From: a bacterium
GTDB lineage: Bacteria; Electryoneota; Electryoneia; Electryoneales; Electryoneaceae
Direction of reading: 5' to 3'
Length of the DNA: 64,000 nt
Assembly (NCBI GenBank): GCA_963675295.2
Contig: CAXXKJ010000002.1
Location: 4,096,001-4,160,000, forward strand
Below are positions 36,247 to 45,165 of this stretch, one piece after another. Position 1 is the first letter of the stretch. Each line of letters opens with the position of its first letter. Position numbers and translations under genes: made by a program. The notes beneath the pieces were generated by a model, which searched no databases, was not told where the DNA came from, and saw only the letters and a program-made list of their open reading frames with translations.

Positions 36247-37683
36247 TCAGGCATCACGGGCTTCTTCCTCGTCGATCTCATACTTTTTCATCTTCCGCCA
36301 CAACGTCGTGCGATCAATGCCGAGCGCCCTGGCGGCGTGAGTACGATTGCCGTTGCAGGTACGCAAGGCTTCCCGGATCGCCGCTTCTTCGACCAGCGCT
36401 TCGCGAACCGGGGTCGCATGTTCCTGAGCCAGCTGTTGCATCAGGTCGTGCAACGGCTGCGACACGTCTTTGGATTCCGTTTTTGCCTGTGTGGTCGCTG
36501 CATTCGCCACACTCGGTGTCTGAGTCGCCTTTTCCACGGTCTCTTTCAGTTCCACCGGCAGGCATGGAATATCCAGCGTGCGTCCCTTGCAGATCGCGAA
36601 TCCGTACTCTAGAACGTTCTCCAGCTCGCGCACATTACCAGGGAACTCGTGATGCAACAGCGTCTCCATGTACGCCGGGCTGACGCTGAGAATATTCTTC
36701 CCTTTCAACGCGTTGAACCGGCGGATGAAGTGGTCGACCAGCAACGGGATGTCTTCCCGTCGTTCTATCAGTGGCGGCAGCTCAAACCGAATCACAGCCA
36801 GGCGGTAGAACAGGTCTTCCCGGAATTCGCCACGCCGGACCGCTTGCTTCAGGTCACGGTTGGTCGCGGCAACCACACGGATGTTCGCTTTGACCGGTTT
36901 CACCCCGCCGACCGGTTCGTATTCGCGCTGTTGCAGAAGCCGCAACAGCTTCACCTGCGTCGAAGCTGGTAGTTCGCCGATCTCGTCCAGGAACAACGTC
37001 CCACCCTCAGCAGCAGCGACCTTGCCAGCCTTGTCCCGTTTTGCATCGGTGAACGCGCCCTTGACATACCCAAACAGCTCGCTCTCGAACAGTTGCGGCG
37101 GCATGGCGCCACAATTGATCACGACGTACGGCTTGTCCTTGCGTTCAGACAACGAATGCACTGCCTTGGCGAACACTTCCTTGCCAGTTCCTGACGCACC
37201 CTCGATCAGCACCGTGCTTTCTGACATTGCGACGTCGGGCAGGATGTTGATCAATTTCAGGCACTTGGGCGATTTGGTGACGATGTCTTCGTAGCTGTAA
37301 CGCTGGTGCAGTTCCTTGCGCAGGTTCTCGATTGCGGACAGGTCACGGAAGGTTTCCACCGCGCCCAGGACGGAACCATCCTCATCCCGCAACACCGCGG
37401 TCGAGATGGAGATCGGCACGGTCCGGCCCTGCTGGTTGAGGATCCGTACCGGCATGTCAATTGCTTCCTGGCCGGTCTGCATCGTGCGGTCGAGCAGGCA
37501 GCCGCGTTCGCAGATATCGGAATGGAAAACATCGTAACAGCGCCGACCGATCGCGTCCCGTGCCGGGTACCCGGTGATCCGTTCCGCGGCGCTGTTGAAA
37601 CTGGTGATGCGCCGTTGCGAGTCGACGGTGAAAACGCCGTCCGCGACGGAATTCAGAATGATTTTGAACAGATGCTCGCGCAT
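36247..37683 (-). CDS. Sigma-54 enhancer-binding protein (PAS-AAA+-Fis HTH), OrpR-like
   Basis: PAS with CYDVFHSDICERGC (CX8CX3C); GASGTGKE, ESELFGYVKGAFTDA, LFLDEIGE, FREDLFYRL, GNVRELEN; HTH AARALGIDRTTLWRKM. Confidence 0.93.
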   Translation of the reverse strand: MREHLFKIILNSVADGVFTVDSQRRITSFNSAAERITGYPARDAIGRRCYDVFHSDICERGCLLDRTMQTGQEAIDMPVRILNQQGRTVPISISTAVLRDEDGSVLGAVETFRDLSAIENLRKELHQRYSYEDIVTKSPKCLKLINILPDVAMSESTVLIEGASGTGKEVFAKAVHSLSERKDKPYVVINCGAMPPQLFESELFGYVKGAFTDAKRDKAGKVAAAEGGTLFLDEIGELPASTQVKLLRLLQQREYEPVGGVKPVKANIRVVAATNRDLKQAVRRGEFREDLFYRLAVIRFELPPLIERREDIPLLVDHFIRRFNALKGKNILSVSPAYMETLLHHEFPGNVRELENVLEYGFAICKGRTLDIPCLPVELKETVEKATQTPSVANAATTQAKTESKDVSQPLHDLMQQLAQEHATPVREALVEEAAIREALRTCNGNRTHAARALGIDRTTLWRKMKKYEIDEEEARDA

Positions 37684-38208
37684 GGGAAAACCAGCCTTGA
37701 GCTATGAGTTATGAGGCGTGAGCCAAACCCTGGCATACGATATCCAGACGTGTCCCATCCATCATGCCCCAGACATTTATGTCTTGGATTGTTCTGATGG
37801 TTGGTACGAGTTGCAGCCTTATTGCAACCGCTTGTTCAGGTTCAACTTACCGCGTGTCACAGACCAGATCGGGTCGCTTGACAGGATCTACACATGGCGC
37901 GACGCCAACAAAACCTAAATGGCTCGATAGTTTGTGATCTGTTTCACGATACCTGTTCTGCAACAGCGAAGTGTTGCATGAACTGTTGCAAGATAAGGAT
38001 TGTGAAAGCCTTCACGAAAGGGGTTGCCTCCAAATCCCTCCGGTTTGGAGAGACAAACAGGTGCCGGACGAGACCGCAACACAAGAAATAACCAGGCGTA
38101 ACGTCGTGTTAGCCGGGTTCTACAGGATCCAAAACTGGGCTAGTCAGCCCTGCAACATTTCGGATTTCGACACGCGAAATCAGCCTCACGGTCTCCAGTC
38201 GCTACCTG

Positions 38209-39480
38209 TTACAGATTCTGCAACACCTGTCGTGCTGCAGCGATAGTCTTCTCGATCGCGGCGTCATCATGCGCGGCGGAAACAAACCACGACTCGTACC
38301 CGCTCGGCGGCAGGTGGACGCCGTGCTGAAGCATCCCGCCGAAGAACGCGGCGAACTTGTCGTGGTCGCTGGCCTTGGCGTCGTCGAAGTTGCGGACGGG
38401 GCCATCATGGAAGAACAGGGTGAGCATCGAGCCGACGCGTTGCACCACGCCGGTCACGCCCGATTCACGTAACGCGTCCTCAAGCCCGCCCTGTAGCTTC
38501 GCCGACTGGGTTTCGAGGGTGGTGTAGACGTCCTCGGTCAACCCGCGCAGCGTCGCCAGTCCGGCGGTCATCGCCAGAGGGTTGCCGGACAGGGTGCCCG
38601 CCTGGTACACCGGCCCGCTCGGGCTGATCATCTTCATCAGCTCGGCCCGGCCACCGTACGCCCCGACTGGAAGCCCGCCACCGATCACCTTGCCGAAGGT
38701 GGACAGGTCGGGGGTCACGTCGAACAAGGCGGACGCGCAGCCGCGATGGACACGGAAGCCGGTCATCACTTCGTCGAAGATCAGCAACGCGCCGTGTTCG
38801 TCACACAGCGAACGTAATCCGGGCAGGAAGCTGTCGTCAAAGCGGGTCACGCCCATGTTGCCGGGGACCGGTTCAACTATAATCGCGGCGACGTTGCCGC
38901 TGTCCTGCTCGAGGATGGCGCGGACGGAATCGAGATCGTCGAAACGTGCGACACGCGTGTCTTTCGCCGCGCCGGGGGTGACGCCGGGGCTATCGGGCGC
39001 GCCGAAGGTAGCGACGCCGGACCCGGCCTGGATCAGGAAGCTGTCGGCGTGGCCATGGTAGCCGCCGGCGAACTTGATGATCACGTCGCGTTTCGTCGCC
39101 GCACGTGCCAGCCGGATCGCGGACATGGTCGCTTCGGTGCCGGAGTTGACGAACCGGACCATCTCGACGGAGGGTACGCGGTCAACGATTTCCTGCGCCA
39201 GGTCGGCTTCCAGCGGGCTTGGCGCGCCGAAGCTGGTACCCTGCTTGACGGCAGCTTCGAGGGCGGCGGTGACATCGGGCGGTGTGTGGCCGAGGATCAT
39301 CGGTCCCCACGACCCGATGTAGTCGATGTAGCTGTTGCCGTCCACGTCGGTCATGGTGCAACCGGAGGCAGACGCGATGAACGGCGGCGTCCCTCCGACG
39401 GCCTTGAACGCACGGACAGGACTAGACACTCCGCCGGGCATGAGCTCGGCGGCACGGGTAAGCAAGTCTTTGGAAGTCAT
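38209..39480 (-). CDS. hemL: Glutamate-1-semialdehyde 2,1-aminomutase
   Basis: PGGVSSPVRAF, SWGPMILGH, NSGTEATMSAIR, FDEVMTGFR, GKVIGGGLP, YQAGTLSGNP. Confidence 0.97.
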   Translation of the reverse strand: MTSKDLLTRAAELMPGGVSSPVRAFKAVGGTPPFIASASGCTMTDVDGNSYIDYIGSWGPMILGHTPPDVTAALEAAVKQGTSFGAPSPLEADLAQEIVDRVPSVEMVRFVNSGTEATMSAIRLARAATKRDVIIKFAGGYHGHADSFLIQAGSGVATFGAPDSPGVTPGAAKDTRVARFDDLDSVRAILEQDSGNVAAIIVEPVPGNMGVTRFDDSFLPGLRSLCDEHGALLIFDEVMTGFRVHRGCASALFDVTPDLSTFGKVIGGGLPVGAYGGRAELMKMISPSGPVYQAGTLSGNPLAMTAGLATLRGLTEDVYTTLETQSAKLQGGLEDALRESGVTGVVQRVGSMLTLFFHDGPVRNFDDAKASDHDKFAAFFGGMLQHGVHLPPSGYESWFVSAAHDDAAIEKTIAAARQVLQNL

Positions 39481-39519
39481 GGGCTATGGGCTATGGGCTA
39501 TGGGCTATGGGCTATGGGC
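39479..39519. repeat. Perfect 7-bp tandem repeat (ATGGGCT), five full units plus one partial, abutting the hemL start
   Basis: Read directly; the hemL ATG is formed at the edge of the array. Confidence 0.9.
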
Positions 39520-39532
39520 AAGAAGCTAGCAA

Positions 39533-39606
39533 GTGGCCGTGTTTGCTTGCAAACGCGGCTCATTTGTCGGTCATACGAAGAGATCCCGCACTTCGTACAG
39601 GATGAC
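39533..39606. repeat. REP-like hairpin (copy 2 of 4531) plus a truncated GTCAT...GGATGAC element
   Basis: GTGGCCGTGTTTGC-TT-GCAAACGCGG (39533-39558); GTCATACGAAGAGATCCCGCACTTCGTACAGGATGAC (39570-39606) resembles the 275-396 element. Confidence 0.55.
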
Positions 39607-39698
39607 TTTTTTACCGTTCGACTCTGTACTACAGTCGACTTGGTACTTCCGTGTTCCCTTGTACTTCAATTCGACTTTCGACTTTGCACTTCCCGACT

Positions 39699-40673
39699 TC
39701 ACTTCAACCCCTCCGCCACTTCGGTCGCGTGGTAGGTGAGGATGAAATCCGCGCCGGCACGTTTGAACGACAGCAGCGTCTCGAGGATGATCCGTTCGCG
39801 GTCAATCCAGCCCTTCTCCGCCGCCGCTTCAATCATCGCGTACTCTCCGCTGACCTGGTAGGCGGCGGTGATGCGGCCGAAGGTTTCCTTGACCTTGGTG
39901 AGCACGTCGAGGTACGCCACGCCTGGCTTGACCATGATCATGTCGGCTCCCTCGATCAGGTCGAGTTCAGCCTCACGCATGGCTTCGAGCACATTCGCCG
40001 GATCCATCTGATAGCCACGCCGGTCGCCGAACTGCGGTGCGGACCCGGCGGCGTCACGGAACGGTCCGTAGTAGGCCGACGCATACTTGACGGCGTACGA
40101 GAGAATCGCAATGTCGTCGTAGCCGGCGTCGTCGAGGGCTTCACGGATCGCGCCGACACGTCCATCCATCATGTCGGACGGCGCGACGATATCCGCTCCC
40201 GCCTCGGCGTGGCTGACAGCGGTCCGGCCGAGCAGCTCGAGGGTCGGGTCGTTGTCGACGGTTTCGCCGTGCAGGATGCCGCAGTGGCCATGGTCGGTAT
40301 ATTCGCAAAGGCAGACGTCGGTCATCACCAGCAGGTCGGGCACGGCTTTCTTGATCAGCCGGGTCGCTTCCTGAACCTCGCCGTGTTCCGCCCACGCACT
40401 CGAGCCGGACGCGTCCTTGTGCTCCGGAATCCCGAACAGGATGATCGCGGGGACTCCGGCTTCATGGATGCGCACCGCTTCCTTCGCCGCTTCATCGGCG
40501 GAGAGGTGGTACTGCCCCTTCAGGCTGGAAATCTCGGTACGCACGCCGTTGCCGGGAACGACAAACAGCGGTTGTACGAGATCATCAGCGGAGAGTCTGG
40601 TTTCGCGCACGAGACGGCGCATGGTATCGCCGCGACGCAGGCGGCGGGGTCGTTCAATGGGAAAGCTCATCAT
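39699..40673 (-). CDS. hemB: Porphobilinogen synthase (ALA dehydratase)
   Basis: [54 protein letters not shown]. Confidence 0.97.
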   Translation of the reverse strand: MMSFPIERPRRLRRGDTMRRLVRETRLSADDLVQPLFVVPGNGVRTEISSLKGQYHLSADEAAKEAVRIHEAGVPAIILFGIPEHKDASGSSAWAEHGEVQEATRLIKKAVPDLLVMTDVCLCEYTDHGHCGILHGETVDNDPTLELLGRTAVSHAEAGADIVAPSDMMDGRVGAIREALDDAGYDDIAILSYAVKYASAYYGPFRDAAGSAPQFGDRRGYQMDPANVLEAMREAELDLIEGADMIMVKPGVAYLDVLTKVKETFGRITAAYQVSGEYAMIEAAAEKGWIDRERIILETLLSFKRAGADFILTYHATEVAEGLK

Positions 40674-41952
40674 CCAGTCTCTTGAGAACGTCGTTCAGGT
40701 CACCATTCCGGTTCAAGGATACCGCGCGCGCGACGGCTTTCGCCATGCTGAGATCGTCTTCTTCCAGGCTCGCGCGCTTCAGGTTTGAGATCATCAGGCT
40801 GACCACCTTGCGCATCAGCGACTTGCTGAACAGTTCGACTTGTTCCTGATCGGTTCCGTGGAATTTCTTCGCGTTGCGCTTGACTTCCAGTATGCGCAAT
40901 TCTTCGAGCGTTTCCTGCAGCTGCTGAATCGTCGGCGCAACACGATTTTCCTGGTACCACTCGGTGAACTCAGCGACTCGTTCCTTGATCAGCTCTTCCG
41001 CACGCTCCGCCTCAGCTTCACGTGCCTTAAGGTTCGCCTTGACCAGATCCTGGAAGTCGTCCACTGTGTACAGGTACATGTCGCGCAGGTCCCGGATTTC
41101 CGGCTCGGAGTCGCGCGGCACCGCGAGATCGAGCAACAGTTGCAGCCCCTTGCGCTTCTTCTTCGCCAGCTTCATCTGGTCATACGTGATCACCGGCTCG
41201 CTGGCAGAGGTCGCGGTAACGATCAGGTCCGCCCACGCCAGATCTTCCACCGTCGGCGGGAAGTCGGCGACCCGTCCGCCGAGCAGATCCGCGACCACTT
41301 CGGCATTTTCCCGTGTCCGATTGCAGACTGCCCAGCGGTCGATCCCGGCCGTGGTGAGATATTTCGCGGCGAGACGCGCGGTCTGGCCAGCGCCGACCAG
41401 CAGCACCCGCCGTCCCGCGAGCAGGCCGAAAATGCGTTCCGCCATCTTCACCGACGCCGACGCGACCGACACCGCGCCCCGGCTGATCTCGGTTTCCTGG
41501 CGAATGTTCTTGCCGGTTTCGATCGCCCGCAGGAACGCCTTGTTCAGCACGACGTTGGTGGTGTGTTCTTCCAACGCGGCGTGGTAAGCGTCTTTCACCT
41601 GCGCGAGGATCTGTACCTCGCCAAGCAGCTGGCTGTCAAGGCCGGCGGAAACGCGGAACAGGTGCTGCACGGCCTTCGCATCACGCAGGATGTATGCTGG
41701 TTCGGCTTCCTCGGGGGTGATGCCGGTGTGTTTCACCAGCATATTGCGCAACCCGTCCGCGGAGGTGTGCTGATACGGCGAGAGGTAGAACTCGGTCCGG
41801 TTGCAGGTGGACAGGATCAGCACTCCCTCGAGATTGTCCGACTGGACAAGCTCGTGCAGGGTCGCCGTCAACTTGTCCGGCGTCATCGCCGCGCGGTCGC
41901 GCACGTCGATGGGGGACGTCGTATGGTTCAGCCCGATCGCTTCCAGTCTCAT
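40654..41952 (-). CDS. hemA: Glutamyl-tRNA reductase
   Basis: [43 protein letters not shown]. Confidence 0.96.
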   Translation of the reverse strand: MRLEAIGLNHTTSPIDVRDRAAMTPDKLTATLHELVQSDNLEGVLILSTCNRTEFYLSPYQHTSADGLRNMLVKHTGITPEEAEPAYILRDAKAVQHLFRVSAGLDSQLLGEVQILAQVKDAYHAALEEHTTNVVLNKAFLRAIETGKNIRQETEISRGAVSVASASVKMAERIFGLLAGRRVLLVGAGQTARLAAKYLTTAGIDRWAVCNRTRENAEVVADLLGGRVADFPPTVEDLAWADLIVTATSASEPVITYDQMKLAKKKRKGLQLLLDLAVPRDSEPEIRDLRDMYLYTVDDFQDLVKANLKAREAEAERAEELIKERVAEFTEWYQENRVAPTIQQLQETLEELRILEVKRNAKKFHGTDQEQVELFSKSLMRKVVSLMISNLKRASLEEDDLSMAKAVARAVSLNRNGDLNDVLKRLDDELSH

Positions 41953-42779
41953 GCGAAATGCCTCGTGAAGAAACCGATCACGGAAACGATCAACAGCAGA
42001 ATCATCAGGGCCGACACACCGACCGAGGCGGCAGCCAGCTTCTGCTGCGCCAACCAATGGAAACGATCCGCGAGCCACAGGGAAGTAATGATCCCCCACA
42101 GCACCAGCATCGGGTGCAGGTGCGAGATGGTCGCCTCACGAGTCTCCGGCAGGAACCACAGCGTCCCCATCGCGCTCACCACGCTGATCGTGACCAGCAC
42201 CCAGCCGGCGGTCAGGGACACCCGCCGCAGCCGGTTGAGGTCGCTCATGGATGGCATATCGTGAAACCACTGCCCGAAGGTGCGGCTCTTGATCTGCTTG
42301 TGCAGGATGATTTCGCCCGCGCCGAACATGCCGCTGCCGAGCAGCAAGGTGACCGCTGCCAGCGACATCGCGATGTGCACCGACGCGCGCGGGTTGACCA
42401 GGTTCTCCGGCTTGAGGCTGGTTGTTTCCAATCCAAGCGCCAGCGCGGAAATCAGCAGCACCGCCACCACCGCGAGCGGGATGATGGTCAGCTTGCGCTG
42501 GCTGACACGGGTCTGCGTGTACGTCACACCCAGCCACATGAAACAGGCGAATGTGGCGAGCAGCTGGCCCGGTGTCGCGACAAGTAACGCGCCCTGGAAC
42601 ACCGCGTACCCGGCCCACCAGAGTCCGAAGATGATGGCAAGGAAGTTGCCGGCGCGGATCAGGTGATGGTCGCGTTTTCGTCCTTCCGGATGGCAGGGAG
42701 CATTCCACAGGCCGAGCAGCAGGCTGAAGCCCACGAGCATGATCAGTGGAAGAACCGTGGTAAGAAAGACTTGCATCAA
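41949..42779 (-). CDS. CcsA/HemX-like membrane protein (cytochrome c assembly family)
   Basis: About eight transmembrane helices, VHIAMS and MPSMSDL motifs; located immediately upstream of hemA, the usual position for such genes. Confidence 0.7.
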   Translation of the reverse strand: MMQVFLTTVLPLIMLVGFSLLLGLWNAPCHPEGRKRDHHLIRAGNFLAIIFGLWWAGYAVFQGALLVATPGQLLATFACFMWLGVTYTQTRVSQRKLTIIPLAVVAVLLISALALGLETTSLKPENLVNPRASVHIAMSLAAVTLLLGSGMFGAGEIILHKQIKSRTFGQWFHDMPSMSDLNRLRRVSLTAGWVLVTISVVSAMGTLWFLPETREATISHLHPMLVLWGIITSLWLADRFHWLAQQKLAAASVGVSALMILLLIVSVIGFFTRHFA

Positions 42780-42803
42780 CTCATCTCCAGCTTGGCAGCC
42801 ACA

Positions 42804-44228
42804 TCAGGCGGCGGCATGGACCGTCGCGGCCAATCGTTCGCTGAGGGAGGTTGCGACCCGGAACGCGTCCTTCGCGCAACCGTTGATCGACACTCCCCGG
42901 TACGACGCGCCGGTAAAGTACAACCCCGGAAGATCGTTCTCGAGCGTTTCGCTCGTCCGGACCCGATTCAAATGCCCGACCGTGTACTGCGCAATGCCGC
43001 GTTCGAAACGGAATTCACGCTTCATCGACGGCTCGCCGATAACGCCCTGCACCTTCGCATGGTCCGCCGCAGCGGTCGCGTGCAGCTTGTCTGCTTCCAG
43101 CTCTGTAATCTGCGGGTCATGCGCGCCGCCCATGATCGTACGCAGCAGGCGATGCTGGTCCGGTGCCTGTCCCGGGAAGATGGCGTCACTCCACAGTGTG
43201 CCGAGGCTGCGAATGCCTTCCCGGCGCGGAATCAATACGCCGAACCCTCTCAACGGATCGCTGAGGTGATCGACCGGATGCCCATGACAGACCACATCCA
43301 CCGGGGCATACTGAATCGCCGCTAGGGCGTTGGAAACGTTCTCATCGATCTCCCCGATCATCGCCGCGGCGGCGTAGGACGGCGCTGCGACAATCACCGC
43401 GTCCGCATCCAAGGTACGATCGTCGCTCACGACCCGGAACCGTCCATCCTCTCTCCGCGTCACGGTTTGTACGGGTGCGTTTGTCACCAGCGCATCCCCG
43501 AGCAGCTCGGCCAGTGCGTCCGGCAGTTGCCCCATCCCCTGCTTGAACGTGTGCAGCACGGCGTTCGGTCCACCCGGTCCACCGGCGGTCTTACCAGACC
43601 GCTTCGCCTCTTTCTGTTTCGCGATCATCGCCCGGAAGAGGCCGCCGTAGTCGCGTTCCATCTCGACCATTTTCGGGAACACCGCCGCCAGCGACAACTC
43701 TTTCGTGTTACCGGCGAAAATGCCGCTGACCATCGGGTCGAGCATCAGTTCGGCGAACGCATTCCCCAACCGTCTGCGACCGAAACCGTCTACGGTCTCG
43801 TCGCTGTCGTCTGACTTCGCCGGAATGAAGAATTCCCGTGCCATACGCAGTTTCGCGGTGAACGGCAGGATATCCGAGACGAGGAATTTGGGTGGTTTCG
43901 TCGGCACGAGGTGCATCTTGCCGCTGTGATAGATGTAGCGGTTTGCGCTGTTTTCGTCCGCCTTGACCAGCTCACCATTCAATCCAACACGCTTGACCAG
44001 GTCGAGCGTCGCCGGTTCGTTGTCGAGGAAGCCGTTCGGCCCCCACTCGCAGGTGTAGCCATCCACGTGATCGGTGCGCGTCGAGCCGCCGTGCCGCTCG
44101 TTCGCTTCGAGCACAGTCAGCTCAATCTCGACAACGCGTTCCCGAGCCAATTCACGTGTCAGGTACGCGCTGGCGAGCCCGGCGATGCCGCCACCGATCA
44201 CGACAATCCGTGGTCTCTGGTCACTCAT
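42804..44228 (-). CDS. hemY: Protoporphyrinogen/coproporphyrinogen oxidase (HemY type)
   Basis: IGGGIAGL FAD motif, EWGPNGF, GIFAG, GFGVLIP, QYTVGH, GVSINGC. Confidence 0.92.
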   Translation of the reverse strand: MSDQRPRIVVIGGGIAGLASAYLTRELARERVVEIELTVLEANERHGGSTRTDHVDGYTCEWGPNGFLDNEPATLDLVKRVGLNGELVKADENSANRYIYHSGKMHLVPTKPPKFLVSDILPFTAKLRMAREFFIPAKSDDSDETVDGFGRRRLGNAFAELMLDPMVSGIFAGNTKELSLAAVFPKMVEMERDYGGLFRAMIAKQKEAKRSGKTAGGPGGPNAVLHTFKQGMGQLPDALAELLGDALVTNAPVQTVTRREDGRFRVVSDDRTLDADAVIVAAPSYAAAAMIGEIDENVSNALAAIQYAPVDVVCHGHPVDHLSDPLRGFGVLIPRREGIRSLGTLWSDAIFPGQAPDQHRLLRTIMGGAHDPQITELEADKLHATAAADHAKVQGVIGEPSMKREFRFERGIAQYTVGHLNRVRTSETLENDLPGLYFTGASYRGVSINGCAKDAFRVATSLSERLAATVHAAA

Positions 44229-45165
44229 CCATCAACTCTCCAACAACCTGCATCAGCGTCTTCGCGAACCGGGGGTCATCGTTGTACGCGCTCACCCGCA
44301 CCACCTTGCGCACCCCGCGCTCGAGCAGATCCGGCCCGGCGACGAGGTCGAGATCGTACATCGTCTCGAGACAGTCGGCGACGAAGCTCAGCGGCATGAT
44401 CACCACCGGATCGTGGCTTTCGGCGAGGTTGTTGACCTCGTCCTCGAGATACGGCCCGGTCCATTTTACCGGCCCGACCCGGCTCTGGTACGCCAATCTC
44501 CAGTCGGTACCTTCGTGCAGAGTGGCGGCCAACCGTTCAGCGTTCTCACGCACCTGATGCGGGTAGGTGTCCCCGCGGTTAACGTCCCGCATCGGGATGC
44601 CATGCGCAACGAACAGGACACACGCGCCCTCGCCCGCCTCCTCCATCGCCTTGGCGAGGTACGTCGCCTGCAGGTCGATGATCGGCTGTTGCAGGCCCCA
44701 GACCGGCACAACGCGCAGCGGCATGTCCAGTTCCTCGGCGTGGCGTTTCGCTTCCACCTCGATCGAGCCGGTCATCGCCCGGGTTTCGTGCGGGAACAGC
44801 GGCAATAGGGTGACCTCGTCGATCCCGTCCCGTTTCAGCTCCGCCATCATCTCGCCGATCAACGGCTGCGTGTAGCGATAACAGTGAGTGACACGGGTGT
44901 ACATCTCGTTCAGATCCGCCCGGATCAGGTTTGTCTGCTTTTCGGTCCATTTCAGCAGCGGGGACGGTCCGCCGATCAGGTTGTACTTGTCGATCACCGA
45001 TTCGGTGCGTTTGCGCACAATCATGTTGCTGATGAAGCCGCGCAGAAAGTCCGGCACGGGCAGGATGTACGGGTCCGCGAAGATCGCGCGCATGTACGGC
45101 GCGACGTCCGCGTTTGACGCCGGCCCACCCATGTTGACCAGCAGCAGCGCCCGCTTCGTGCTCAT
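44221..45165 (-). CDS. hemH: Ferrochelatase
   Basis: LLVNMGGP, GPSPL, LPLFP, FVAHGIP, YQSRVGPVKWTGP, FVADCLET..DLD. Confidence 0.95.
   Translation of the reverse strand: MSTKRALLLVNMGGPASNADVAPYMRAIFADPYILPVPDFLRGFISNMIVRKRTESVIDKYNLIGGPSPLLKWTEKQTNLIRADLNEMYTRVTHCYRYTQPLIGEMMAELKRDGIDEVTLLPLFPHETRAMTGSIEVEAKRHAEELDMPLRVVPVWGLQQPIIDLQATYLAKAMEEAGEGACVLFVAHGIPMRDVNRGDTYPHQVRENAERLAATLHEGTDWRLAYQSRVGPVKWTGPYLEDEVNNLAESHDPVVIMPLSFVADCLETMYDLDLVAGPDLLERGVRKVVRVSAYNDDPRFAKTLMQVVGELMDE

Noticed and set aside
37684-38208. Small ORFs in the 500-bp gap between hemL and the sigma54 activator
   Set aside because: They are short, on the strand opposite the flanking genes and motif-free. The region looks regulatory (TGTTGCA sites, hairpins).
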